Shown here piece after piece: positions 39,602-53,963 of a DNA stretch of 64,000 nucleotides; position 1 is the first letter of the stretch, and the number at the start of each line of letters is the position of its first letter. The stretch is from Octopus vulgaris. Lineage: Eukaryota. The position numbers and the translations under genes are program-made. Location of the stretch: NCBI GenBank assembly GCA_951406725.2, contig OX597826.1, positions 28,954,001 to 29,018,000 of the forward strand, in the 5' to 3' direction. The notes beneath the pieces were generated by a model that was not told where the DNA came from, did not search any database, and saw only the letters and a list, made by a program, of their open reading frames with translations.

Positions 39602-40003
39602 TGTGTGGGTACATGGTTAGATAATGACAAGTACATAAAAACTGAGTTCCCATCTGGTGTTAAGATTTCGATCTTTCGCACTGAATATCGCACGCACACA
39701 CACATACAAACACACATATAGCTAGACATAGACACGCAAAACGTACGCGTATACACCCACACATACGCACATTTACAAACATAAATATGTTTTTTTATAG
39801 TATTTATATTTATGGGATGTAGAGTGGTGGGTGGACACCGAGTAGAAGTACCTTGTGGTATTTAGCTTTTATCTCCTGTTCTGATAACAACCCCAAACTT
39901 TCAGAGATACACGTTAGAAAGTAAGGTATTGCGTTTGAGATCATTTGTAATCCAGCACATACATACATACATACATACATACATACATACATACATACAT
40001 ACA

Positions 40004-40037
<34 letters not shown>

Positions 40038-40041
40038 CATA

Positions 40042-41516
40042 GAAAGGTCCAAGGAAAATTTGGACCTCAGAACTCTCTGTATTCATTAAAACAGTGGCCC
40101 ACAATATGTTTGCCGTGCTAGTACTCATACCAACATTTGGGCTGCTTGATTGGACGCTTGATGAGATCCGAGAGCCATTCATGTGAAAACCCGGAAAATA
40201 CTAACAAGCAAACACAATTTCCACATAAACAGTGATGTAGACCGCCACTACCTAAAACGAAAACAAGGCGCAGGGGCTTAACATCGATACTAAATGCCTT
40301 TGAATGTCGTATCATATCCCTTCGGCAACACCTTTTAACTACTAAGTGTTGAAATGCATCCCTTGATCAAATTTGCATACATGAGGTTGATAACATCATA
40401 AGACTTGTAAGGCACTCTTTGAGCAGGATTCCTTTCCTGATAACCTTAAATACATGTCCAAAGAAGTCGCATGACTCTACAACAACGTATCATCAGATGA
40501 AAGGATGAGGCTCTATGAGCAAAAGACTATACATGGATATGTTTGTTTGTGGAAAGTTCCGAGATGATAGTAACATTGATCATCAAAGCAGTCTATCATG
40601 GACCAATAACAGGATTACTACCTCCCACTTTGAAGGGTGTGCATTTGAAATCCAGGAACAGGAAATATTAACTAAATACCTGATGCACAAAAGGGATAGA
40701 GATACAGGAAAAGCAGTAAAATGTGACAACTGATGCAGACTTTGTGGAGTTAACACCGTAGATATCACCCACATCATAAGCAGTTGTCCGAAAATATCAT
40801 CATGGTATTATCCACCGATGAGACATGATGTAACTAGGACACAATATAATGAAATCCGTCGGTAGGATAACCCCGAGGACAAAGAAATAAGAACCCACAG
40901 TGTAGTAGAAACCATAGTCACTCATAATAAAGAGGAGTACTGGTGGAATGTCCGAGTGAAAACTTCAATAAAATGTAAGCACAACAGACCTGATATAATG
41001 ATTTGGGATAGAGAAGAGAAACTGTTCGAAGTTCTGGAAATTAGCTGCCCAGCGGATGTTAATATAAAGTTGAAGATCAGTGAAAAACAGAACACCTATG
41101 CTGAACTATTGAGAAATCTGTAGTTACTCTATCCCGATTACAAGTTCAGGTTTATACCTATAATTATTGGGGTCGTGGATATGTAACATATTGCCTAAGT
41201 ACTAAGCTTCAGAAATTAGGCTTTTGAAAACCAGAGAGGTGAAAGCTAATTCGAAGACTACAGATCCAATCCATCACTGGAACTGTAACAATCCGTAACG
41301 GTTTCCTGAAGTTTATCATTGAAATATATATGAGCATGTCTAGGTATGCAACTATATGCATGAGAATACATACATAAAGCAAAACATACAAATCTGCGAA
41401 TACACATACATACATACAAGAATACCCTGTTGTTGATGTTGAAATTCAAATGTAGGAGCCTTGAATCTAGGTTAGAAACTATTGGCAAGAAATCTTGAAA
41501 TAAAATTGAACAATGA
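40042..41516 (+). mobile_element. 5'-truncated R4/Dong-like RLE non-LTR retrotransposon embedded in (CATA)n
   Basis: Degenerate frames give FEIQEQEI, CRLCG..DITHIISSC (CCHC), RHD, HNRPDIMIWD..LEISCPAD and PIIIG; (CATA)n on both flanks. Confidence 0.85.
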
Positions 41517-41659
41517 CATACATACATACATACATGCATACATACATGCATACATATACACATACATACATACATGCATACATGCATACACACATACATA
41601 CATACATACATACATACATACATACATACATACATACATACATACATACATACATACAT

Positions 41660-42209
41660 GGTGGCTGCCCCCTCGTTATCGAGTATGGCCATTGCACGAA
41701 GCTTAATCAATGTTGTTATCGTGCAATGCCTGTGCAAGAAGATTATTTTTAAGTGAGGAAAGGCTGTGCACTGAGTCAATCCCACTCACTAAGCAACAGC
41801 AGCCATAATCCGAAAAGAAGAACAAGTCAACATGGTCGGTAACCACTGAACTGTAGGTTTTATATCGGAGTTATCCCAGTTACCTGAGTTACCTTCTCCT
41901 AGAAGGATTCCCTAACAAAGGCTAGGAGTCCTTCACTCCCAATGGTTTAACCGTGCGATTGGGTATTCAGTCCGATTATTTCTATGTCCCCGCGCATGAT
42001 ACAGCCTTAAGACATTTGTTGGATGGCCGTTGACTCTCAAGAGTTCCTCCGCCCTTTGACGGGTTTTGTTTTTCATACCGCGGGGTGTCCAATAAACACC
42101 CTCCTCACCAAGCTAGCTTGGTGGGGTTACCGGTTTAGTCGCCAACGACCCGACCATGCAACAGGTAGTACTGGGTTACATATTACCAGTAGCATTCGAA
42201 AGTGACCTG
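41660..42209 (-). mobile_element. ~550-bp non-coding retroelement (probable non-autonomous LINE derivative, RTE-like ends) embedded in (CATA)n
   Basis: Unique GC-richer block with (CATA)n on both sides; minus-strand 3' end GGCCATACTCGATAACGAGGGGGCAGCCACC(ATGT)n resembles RTE tails. Confidence 0.5.
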
Positions 42210-42236
42210 ACATACATACATACACACACACACACA

Positions 42237-42268
<32 letters not shown>

Positions 42269-42544
42269 CATACATACATACATACATACATACATACATA
42301 CATACGCATGATCACACACGCATGCATATTTGTAGAGGAACGAGTCATGAATTATTTCGAGGAGTTACACACACACACACATGTGGTGTGAGAATTAAGT
42401 GACCTTTTCTCAAAGTCCTCTGATTTTCTTCATTTTTCCCTATATTTGGTTGAATATATTCCTATTACCAACCTAGTCTGTCCTGTAACTGAATCACTCA
42501 TAGAAAGAGAAAGAAAGCGAGAATGTGGGTGAGAGGGAGAGCTC

Positions 42545-42630
<86 letters not shown>

Positions 42631-42658
42631 TTATCATTAATATTATTATTAATAATGA

Positions 42659-42701
<43 letters not shown>

Positions 42702-42740
42702 ATTATTATTATTGTTATTATTATTATTATTATTATTATA

Positions 42741-43446
<706 letters not shown>

Positions 43447-43562
43447 GACACTGGCTCCTCTTTCCTGAGGCTCTTGCCCTTCATATTGCACACTTACACA
43501 CACATCGCAGATGAATAATGCACATACACATATATGCATATGTTGTTGATATATATATAGAG

Positions 43563-43661
<99 letters not shown>

Positions 43662-43837
43662 CATATAAATCCTTAAAATCCTTTAAAATGTTTTAGGCCG
43701 AAGGCCGCGGCCATGCTGGGGCACCACATAATATATGTATGAAGTGTTTATGCGTGTGAATTTGGACATTATTGTCTGATTATGTTGTTACGCATCGATA
43801 TATCTGTATTTGCGTATCCCTGTGCTGAGAGTTCTGG

Positions 43838-43915
<78 letters not shown>

Positions 43916-43946
43916 GCGTATATGAATGTTTGTATGTGTGTGTGTG

Positions 43947-43977
<31 letters not shown>

Positions 43978-44400
43978 TACAATACGCCTCCTCTTCTTAT
44001 GCAGTCCCTCATCCCGACCCGCCTGTCCCAAATGCTATTAATTTTACCGGTAAATAACAGATATAATAGAAAAAGTTATGCATATTAATAATTTCCTTAT
44101 TTTCTGCAGACACAAAATTAGGTTTGATTCGTTCCGTTAATTGTCAGCCGTTTCGTTTGTTCCGTTTCTACATTTGTATGTTTCATTTAGTCGAGGTTTG
44201 TTAGTTGTTACTAAGATTAGTTAATGGAAGAAATAATCAATAAAGTGTGTGTGTGTGTGTGTGTGTTTGTGTAAATGTGTATTTGTATGAATGCGTCTGT
44301 GTGAATGTGTCTTTGCGAATGCGGGTTTGTGCTATTCTCTTGTGTCTGTTCGAACCTGTATGTGTGAGCGCGTGTGTTTCTGTGACTCTGTGTGTGTGTG

Positions 44401-44442
<42 letters not shown>

Positions 44443-44574
44443 TGTGTGTGTGTATCTGAATGAATGTGTGCTTGTGTGACAGTGTAATCATGTGAACAAG
44501 TGTGTATGTAAGGTGTAGGTGAATGCGTAAGTGTGTATGTGTATGTGTGTATGTAAGTTTGTAATATGTGAGTG

Positions 44575-44646
<72 letters not shown>

Positions 44647-45024
44647 CGGTGAGGATTTCCTGTGTATGGAAGGACGTATGTAATAAAATCAAATGAAATT
44701 AAACACGTTTTGGTACGGTATACTACGTTATATAACGGCATGAATACATAACAACTAATAATATACTAACAGTGTTATACAGTGTAACCAGCACGATATT
44801 CATATATCTTATTAAAACATGGCGCTCTGGCATGGAGGTGCGGTGCGGAATTAACAGAGATGACGGACTGGCAGAGCGGGTTGGAGTTGGAGCCGAAATG
44901 CTTAAAAAGGCTCAAATTCTAGAGGCATTTGTTATTAATGTTCTTATTATATGTATTGTTAATTAAAAAAATTACCCAGAGGTTGCTTGCGGTGAACTAC
45001 GTAGTTTAGGGGCGAGCATCTTAC

Positions 45025-45091
<67 letters not shown>

Positions 45092-45269
45092 TTCTTTCGT
45101 GTGGACACTTGGCAATATAGCTTGAGGCGAAAAAAACGTTGACGGCGGGTTGGTTGGCCCCGGCCCCTTGCTTTAAACAAGAAAATTATATCATTTTGGG
45201 GTCACTTGTTGCACCTGAAATATAAAGATTAATTACATCCACTTCTTTTAATTTCGTTCTGGTGATCAT

Positions 45270-45870
45270 ATGACGGTGTTGGTTGTGGTGGTGGTGCTGG
45301 TGCTAGTGGTGGTGGTGGTCGCGGTCGTCGTCGTCGTCGTGCTGGTGGTAGTGGTCAAGGTAGTGTTTGTAGTGTTGGTGGCGGTGGTGGTCGTGGTCGT
45401 GGTAGTAATCGTAGTCGTGGAGGTGGTGGTGTCGGTGGTATTGGTCAAGGTGGTGATTGTGGTGATGGTGGTGGTGGTGGTGGTGGCGGCGGCAGTGGTA
45501 GAATTACTGATGGAGGAGATTATGGTAGTGGCAGTAGTTGTGTTGGTTGTTTAGGTTGTAGTGGTGCCGGTGGTGACGATGATGGAGGTATAATGATGGT
45601 TGTAGTAGTGGGTGTGATAGTGTTGGTAGTTCTGCTTTTGGTTCGGGTGGTTGCCATGATTGTGGTGGTTATCGTGGTGGTGGTGGTGGTACTTGTGATT
45701 AGGGAGTTGGCGAAAGTGGTGGAGGTGTTCACATGAGTTTTGTTGCAGTTGCTGGTAGTGAAGGTGATGACAATGGTAGTGATGATTGTGGTGGTGGTGC
45801 TGGTGCTGGTGGTGGTGGTGGTGATGATGAGGAGACGAATAGCAGCGGTAATGCTATAACTGGTTAGGGC

Positions 45871-45909
<39 letters not shown>

Positions 45910-45960
45910 GAGTGGGAGTAGTAGTAGTAGTAGTAGCAGTGGTATTAGTTACGGTGGTGG
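45270..45960. repeat. Degenerate (GGT)/(AGT) low-complexity tract
   Basis: Directly visible. Confidence 0.85.
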
Positions 45961-46315
45961 TACCATGGCTATTTCAATTTATTTCGTACACAGGTATACA
46001 TACATATATACATGCGTACATACATACGTACATGCAATACATACATACATTCATGTACACATACATTCATATATACATACGTACGTACTTACGTGTGTGC
46101 ATACATACGTTCATATATATACGTATATATGTGCGCCTTTATATATATGCACACATATGTACATATGTATACGCACATATACACACATATATATGTACAT
46201 ATGTATGTGAATATATACACATATACATATCTATGTATATATGTGCATGAATATTGTATATATATACATATACTTTTTTATTCCTTCATATGTATATATG
46301 TATAAATATATTTGC

Positions 46316-46357
<42 letters not shown>

Positions 46358-46885
46358 CAAAGTATGTGTGTGTGTGTGTGCGTATGGGTAAACATCAACT
46401 CGTGCGTCTGTGGTATGTAAACACCAGTTTCCCCATAGTTCTGAGTAGGTGTGTATAAATTAGTGTATTCACGCCGTTACCACACGGGCACAGAGCCAAA
46501 AGCTTTATTTATCATAAATTTGATTATTCTGTTTGGGGTTTTTTACGTGGGGGACGCAATATGTTGCTTGTATTTGTCGTTATTGGGCCCCAGGAGTAAT
46601 AAAAGACAAAGTCAGCCTCAGGCGGGATTTGAACTGGTGAACATTAAGTTATATAAACAAGATGCAGTAAAGCATCACGAGAAGACTTTCTATCGTTTCA
46701 ATTATCAACGGTCTTTTTTTTTTTCCTTTTTGCTTTGTTCTTGTTTTTTTTGTTCCTTCTGTTTTTTTGTTTTGTATTTTTTTTGTACATAAACATTAAT
46801 TACAGAAAAAAAATCAATGAGGAATACGTACATATAAATACACATACATATGGGCGCTTGTCTTCTTATATACATTTATGCTTTC

Positions 46886-46940
<55 letters not shown>

Positions 46941-46941
<1 letters not shown>

Positions 46942-47352
46942 TCTTTTTACTCTTTTACTTGTTTCAGTCATTTGACTGCAGCCATGCTGGAGCATCGCCT
47001 TTAGTCGAGCAAATCGACCCCGGGATTTATTCTTTGTAAGCCCAGTACTTATTCTATCGGTCTCTTTTGCCGAACCGCTAAGTGACGGGGACGTAAACAC
47101 ACCAGCATCGGTTGTCAAGCAATGCTAGGGTGACAAACACAGACACACAAACACATACACACACATACATATATATATAAATACATATATACGACAGGCT
47201 TCTTTCAGTTTCCGTCTACCAAATTCACTCACAAGGCATTGGTCGGCCCGGGGCTATAGCAGAAGACACTTGCCCAAGATGCCACGCAGTGGGACTGAAC
47301 CCGGAACCATGTGGTTGGTTAGCAAGCTACTTACCACACAGCCACTCCTGCG

Positions 47353-47355
<3 letters not shown>
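46941..47355 (-). mobile_element. SINE family A (tRNA head + CORE + internal TA/CA microsatellite + LINE-like tail), full length
   Basis: Head AGGCGCAGGAGTGGCTGTGTGGTAAG..GGTTCAGTCCC, CORE-like TTGGGCAAGT, tail CTCCAGCATGGCTGCAGTCAAATGACTGAAACAAG(TAAAAGAG)n. Confidence 0.88.
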
Positions 47356-47386
<31 letters not shown>

Positions 47387-47869
47387 TATATGCATGTATG
47401 TATATATGTTTGTATATGTATATATGCATATATGTGTGTGTATGCATGTATGCAGGTATATGCACATGTACACACGCACAGAGATATACGTATATATATA
47501 CATACAAGCATACAGGTATGTATGTATGTATGTATGTATGTATATTGGTTCCAAATTTTGGGGAAAAAACCAGCAACTCTGGGGAGGGGCTTAACGATTA
47601 CATCGACCCCGGTGCGTAAGTGGTACTTATTTTATCGACCCCGAAATGATAAAAAGCAAAAACGATCTCAGCAATTTGATAAGTACCACACACGACACTC
47701 TCGGTCCTTGAGTCACTTTTGTAGCTTTCTACCGATTAAAAGCAACTAAAGAGTATAATCTTGTATTAAATTCTATACACTCACAGATGTATATGGTGGT
47801 TATGGTGTTGCAGTCACTATCGCTAGATCGTGGATTCGATTCTTTTCTATTCTAGGCGTTCTTTTGGTT

Positions 47870-47914
<45 letters not shown>

Positions 47915-48133
47915 TGAAAAATGTAGTATATATTGATAATGTAGTAAGTAGATGTTTAATTTTATTAATAGCTCTTTTCTCTCTACATATTCCATTTTTG
48001 TACATATTTATGACAAGGTTTTTCAAAAACCGAAACATGTAAACCAAACCAAAACATTCTTTTTTTCATGTATTTTATATAAAGAAAATTAAAATGTACC
48101 CTATTTTAAGAAAGTAGCATTTTCGTCCTTCCT

Positions 48134-48219
<86 letters not shown>

Positions 48220-48529
48220 GTTTTATTTAGAGACTTTCAAATTCATGTATAGAAACTTGACTAATTAAATAGAATTTTATATATACATGCATAATGCAAA
48301 TATGTACAAATGTGCATAAAATATGCATGTGTGCACGTATGTTGTATTTGTGTATGTGTGTATGTATGTGTGTATATGCATGTGTGTATATGCATGTGTG
48401 TATATGCATGTGTGTATGTATGTATATATGTATGTATGTGTGTGTATGTATATGTATGAATGAATGTATGTATGTATGTATACCGAGTCCAAATACCGAC
48501 ATGGCTTGCAGGTATGTACAAACCATGTA

Positions 48530-48780
48530 AGCTAAGGTGGGATTCGAAATCAGAATGCAAAGGGCCGAAACAGCAAGGAACCTGAACCGATGTTCTAACA
48601 GCTCCAACAGCTACGCCAATCCGCCGCCTTGGGCTAGTACTTTTCTTTTAAGGATCTCGAAAGAATGAAAGGCAGAGTTGACTTCGGTAGCATTCGAACT
48701 CGGAGCACGAGAAGTTGGGACAAATACCGCAAAGCTTTCTGTCCTATGCACCAACAACTCCGCCACTTCACCACTTTAAT
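48530..48780 (-). mobile_element. Two old SINE family B copies
   Basis: GAATGAAAGGCAGAGTTGACTTCGG..TTCGAACTC. Confidence 0.6.
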
Positions 48781-48799
48781 ACGTCTTCCTACACCGCTT

Positions 48800-49400
48800 C
48801 GTTGATCCTGTCAGTGTCGTTGTTGCTATGGTGACTTTGTTTGATATTTATCATCTTTCTGATTTTGATGTCCAAGTTATGAATCTTCCCTGATGTTCAG
48901 TCAAATATATCTGTCCTCGTTTATCACTGGAGTTTTGTTCCAAATGTCACAGTGATAAGCGGATCGTAAATGAAGGATCTTGTTAAAATTTGTTCACCAG
49001 TTGAAGTATTTCAAATTTTCATTAATATTTTTTCAGATATTATACTCTGACGTAACTTTTTCATTATTAATTTCTACAGAAAAAAAACTGACTCAGATTT
49101 TCATCTTCTGAATGAAAAACTACATGTTTTTTTTAAATAATCAGATGAAAATTTGAAATATCTCAAGTGGTTGGAAGAATCTTAACAAGTTACTAAATGA
49201 AACATCTCTATGCCATTTGTAAATGGAATGAAAGGTAAATTCATTGATACGAAACATGTGGCCCACAAAAGCGATATTTCTACCAACACGTTTTTTCTTG
49301 GTCATCTCTACTTCTCGTAAAGAGCACACTCGTCCGTGTCGTTTATTAAGATCAGACACCTTCAAATTTGAAACAGTTGATATCTTCATTAACACCAAAC
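48800..49400 (-). mobile_element. pogo/Tigger-like transposase N-terminal remnant
   Basis: CSLRE.EM.KK..G.NIA.VGHMFRINEFT..SI resembles the CENP-B-type N-terminal HTH. Confidence 0.5.
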
Positions 49401-49704
49401 TCCTGACTCTCAGCATCTACCATCTTTTATTTCCTTGATCACATCTACTTTTGCCTGTAGAGATTACATTGGTTTACATAATTTTTAAGGATCATGGGCC
49501 TTCTTACTGAAATGAGTATCAAAGTCATTAACACTTAAACTTGCGACTCATAGCAGCAAAATGCCACCGTCTTGTACTTTCTTGATCATCTCCTGGCTAA
49601 GTACTTCAAATTTCCTGGCTAAGTACTTCAAATTTTGTAGAGATAGGCTATCAATGGAGCAGATTGTGGCATGTTGATAAAATTTAGGAAAATGATAACA
49701 TACA

Positions 49705-49904
49705 TTCATTGGCAATAATGCGAAATTTGTTTTATTTCATTTTATTTTAAGATAATATCATTTTTTACTCTGTTTTATTTTTTGAAGGCCATTTTATTCA
49801 ATTCCTTATTTGGTATGGACACCGAGAAATTTGATAAACATTAATTCATAATTTTTTGTATTTATGCTTTATTTCTTGATATTAACCAAGGTGACAAAAG
49901 CAAA

Positions 49905-49959
<55 letters not shown>

Positions 49960-50115
49960 GTGTTTGCTTTTGAATTAACGTTTATCAAATTTCTCGGTGT
50001 CCATACCAAATAAGGAATTGAATAAAATGGCCTTCAAAAAATAAAACAGAGTAAAAATTGATATTACCTTAAAATAAAATGAAATAAAACAAATTTCGCA
50101 TTTGTATATTGCCAA

Positions 50116-50120
<5 letters not shown>
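49705..50120. repeat. Inverted repeat centred on a (TA)n tract
   Basis: AAAAGCAAACAC(TA)nGTGTTTGCTTTT; arms of about 150-200 bp, right arm lacking about 50 bp. Confidence 0.92.
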
Positions 50121-50153
<33 letters not shown>

Positions 50154-50199
50154 TGTATGTGTGTGTGAGTGTGTGTGTGTATGTGTGTATCTATCTATC

Positions 50200-50292
<93 letters not shown>

Positions 50293-50361
50293 GTACGTAT
50301 ACACATATATGTATGTATCTATATTATTATATGCATATAGGTTTGTGTGTGTATACACACG

Positions 50362-50437
<76 letters not shown>

Positions 50438-51159
50438 TATATATAGATATACTTCCAAAATTCCCTGCCATACGAAGGAGTAACGCTCTAGTTAAATAAC
50501 AAAGAACTGCATTCTATACACGTAGGCAAAAGACGGGATGGACACAACTGGAATGTCTTTGATCGAAGGTATTCTCAGAGTTTAATCTGGGACTAAACAA
50601 CACAAACTTCTTTCTAACCAAACTCCGTCGACTATTTCCCGTGAGAATCTCTGAACCAGTTCTGTCTCTCAGACATCACATACAAACGACAGGTCATCGA
50701 CAAACGGTGTAGGTGGCATTAACTTCTCTCTCTCTCTCTCCCGCTTTCCCTCTCCCCCCTTCTCTATTGATTTCAATATCAAGCGTTGGCATTTACGCAA
50801 AAGGGTTCACAAGGGTTTCTCTACCATAACAAACAGCAGTACATATAAGCTGTCAACCTGGGATATTCACGCCTGTAACCTAATTTTCGAGTTGGTTCTG
50901 TGGACCATGTTACGCTTCCAGTCAATGTTGCTGCTAACCTCTACTTTGCCAGACCTGTACTCAGGCATAAACTTTCTACCCCAAATTTGTTACCCTGGGG
51001 GTCACAGTGATTTTTGTGTTAGCACTATGGACCATGTGGTATTTCTTTTATTTATTTTCTCTTTTACATGTTTCAATCATTGGACTGCGGCCCTGCTGTA
51101 GCACAGCCTTGTGAAGTTTAGTCCAACAAATGGACGACAGTATTCTTCTGTTCTTCTAT

Positions 51160-51369
51160 TCTCCTACATGTTTCAGTTAGTTGACTGCAGCCATGCTGGA
51201 ACACCGCCTTGAGGAACTTTACTCCAGCAAATCAACCCGAGGACTTATTTTAAAGCCTAGTACTTATTCTATCAATCTCTTTTGCCAAACCGCTATGTTA
51301 CGGGGACGTAAACACACCAACATCGGTTGTCAAGCGGTGATAGGGGACAAACACAGACACAAAGACGCA

Positions 51370-51429
<60 letters not shown>

Positions 51430-51458
51430 TGTGTGTGAGTGTGTGAATATATGTACTC

Positions 51459-51491
<33 letters not shown>

Positions 51492-51651
51492 ATGGGCTTC
51501 TTTCAGTTTCCGTGTGCCAAGTCCACTCACCAGCTTTTGTCAACCCGAAACTATAGTAGAAGACACTTGCGCAGGGTGCTGTGCAGTGGGACAGAAACCG
51601 GAACTATGTGGTTGGTAAGTAAGCTTTTTAACACACAGCCACGCCTGCGCC
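51160..51651 (-). mobile_element. SINE family A, full length
   Basis: Colinear with 46941-47355, internal (CA)n. Confidence 0.82.
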
Positions 51652-51975
51652 TCGTGGATATATATATATTTTTTTAAATACTGGTAATTATTCTATCGGG
51701 CTCGCTTGAGGAACTGCTAGATAACGGGGTTGTAAACAAAGCAATACCGACAAATACCGGTTGCGACGCGATGCGCGTGAGTGTGCATGTGGGTGTGGGT
51801 GTGCGAGGGGAGGGTACTGAGACCCACCTTCACAGGCACGTGATTTTAAGTAAAGTGTGTAAACATTAACGATATGCAAATTTGTAGTTCTGCTCCTCTG
51901 CAGTGACTGGATCTGTTGAGTGATACAACGAAGAGATTGGCTGCTTGTTTCCTTGGGATCGTACAAAACGATGCA

Positions 51976-52295
51976 CAGTAATCCCTCGACTATCGCGGGT
52001 GTTAAATTCCAAAAATCCCCCGCGATAGGTGAAAATCCGCGAAGTAGAAACGGTACTGTACTCTTTTACTCGTTTACTTGTTTCAGTCATTTGATTGCGG
52101 CCATGCTGGAGCACCGTCTTTAGTCGAGCAAATCGACCCCAGGAATTATTCTTTGGAAGCCTAGTACTTATTCTATCGGTCTCTTTTTGCCGAACCGCTA
52201 AGTTACGGGGGAAGTAAACACACCACCATCGGCTGTCAAGCGATGTTGGGGGTACAAACACAGACACACAAACATATACACACTCATACACACAC

Positions 52296-52372
<77 letters not shown>

Positions 52373-52503
52373 TACATACATATATACGACGAGCTTCTTT
52401 ATAAATGCAAAACAACACCACGGAGGAATCGACTTAAGCTTAAGTAATAAACCGCGATAGGTGAACCGCGTTAGATGAACTGCGATATGGCGTGGGATTA
52501 CTG
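51976..52503. mobile_element. Tigger/pogo-type MITE interrupted by a SINE
   Basis: CAGTAATCCCTCGACTATCGCGG / CTGCGATATGGCGTGGGATTACTG-TA, with internal CCGCGATAGGTGAA repeats; SINE at 52061-52398 inside. Confidence 0.7.
52061..52398 (-). mobile_element. SINE family A, 3' part, inside MITE
   Basis: Tail and body match 46941-47200. Confidence 0.82.
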
Positions 52504-52509
52504 TAGATA

Positions 52510-52549
52510 CTTCTGACGAGAACTCAGGAAGGATCGAACATCGATAGAG
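52510..52549 (+). ncRNA. Degenerate hammerhead-like motif
   Basis: CTT-CTGACGA-GAACTCAGGAAGGATC-GAAC-ATCGAT-A-GAG. Confidence 0.42.
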
Positions 52550-52649
52550 ACTATCCACCAATTTTTTTTTTCAATCTATCGAGAAATAATAAAATTTGTC
52601 GTATTTATATTTCTACAACGGAAGTTTATAAATGTATATTTCTCTATTC

Positions 52650-52832
52650 TCTGACTTGTTTCAGTCTTTTGACTGCAGCCATGCTGTAACACCGCCTTTA
52701 CTCGAACGAATCGATCCCAAGAATTATTCTTTGTAAGCCTAGTACTTATTCTATCGGTCTCGTTTGCCGAAGGGCTAAGTTACGGGGACGTAAACACACC
52801 AACTTCGGTTGTCAAGCGATGTTGGGGGGAGC
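52650..52832 (-). mobile_element. SINE family A, 3' part
   Basis: Tail and body match; its internal microsatellite abuts the PLE 3' end. Confidence 0.8.
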
Positions 52833-52842
52833 AACATAAAGA

Positions 52843-52887
<45 letters not shown>

Positions 52888-52984
52888 CGGGAAGCTTTAT
52901 GAAAATAGACAAAAGACGAAGGCAGGTGGGAAACAAACAAACAATTGTATTAGTATGGCGCTCAGGAAATATAAATAAAACAAG

Positions 52985-53022
52985 TCTTTAACGTTTCGAG
53001 CCTACGCTCTTCAACAGAAAGA
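52985..53022 (-). ncRNA. Minimal type I hammerhead-like ribozyme in the PLE pLTR (identical to 5188-5225)
   Basis: Exact reverse complement of 5188-5225, in the sense orientation of the PLE ORF. Confidence 0.75.
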
Positions 53023-53301
53023 TACACAGAGAGAAAAAAAACACAGAAAGAAGGAGAGAAAAAAAATGCGTGCAGTAACTAACGAATCAACATGGCGATC
53101 TGATTTCGGCCAGAGGTCAAAGATCAAACATGAGACGCGAGAGCGAAATAAGGGGAGATAATAGGGTTGGTAATAGGGTTGAATGACCAGCTCCAACATG
53201 AGGGTGTGTGTGTGTGTATGAGAGAGTATTAGTACGTATGAGAGGTCTGGACGTGTGTATGTATAGGGTTGGTGTATGTATTAGTATGTATTAGTATGTA
53301 T

Positions 53302-53364
<63 letters not shown>

Positions 53365-53963
53365 AGAGACTATTAGTGCGTATGAGAGGTCTGGACGTGT
53401 GTATGTATAGGGTTGGTGTATGTATTAGTATGTATTAGTATGTATTAGTACGTATTAGTATGTATAAGTGTGCGTGTGTGTATGAGAGAGTATAAGTGCG
53501 TATGAGAGGTCTGGACGTGTGTATGTATAGGGTTGGTGTATGTATTAGTATGTATTAGTATGTATTAGTACGTGTTAGTATGTATTAGTTGGTGTATGTA
53601 TTAGTATGGCACATCATATATGATGTGATGTGTAAAGTCGTGTGGTGTAGTGTGGAGAGAGGAGAAGAGGGGGGAGAAGAGGGGGGAGAAGAGGGGGAAG
53701 AGGAGAAGAGGGGCGGGGAGGAGAAGAGGGGCGGGGAGGGGAGGGGAGGGGAGGGGAGGAGGAGGGGAGGAGGAGGGGAGGAGGCAGGAGGAAAGAGGGA
53801 GAGGGGGAGAGAGAAGGGGAGTGAGGGAGCAGAGGGAAGGGGAAGAGGGAAGGAGGGAGGGAGAAAGAGGGAAGAAGGGAAGGGGAGTAGGAGTGAAAGG
53901 ATGAAGGACTGAAGAAGTAGGGGTCGGGAGGGGGAAAGGTAGGTGAGGAGGGGGAGAGGGGGG

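Noticed and set aside
42120-42209. Possible HDV-like ribozyme at the element's 5' end
   Set aside because: P1, P3 and P4 are partly plausible but P2 could not be placed
53585-53963. Pro/Ser/Leu-rich C-terminus of the 721-aa ORF
   Set aside because: Read-through into the pyrimidine tract past a probable 1-nt frameshift near the native stop
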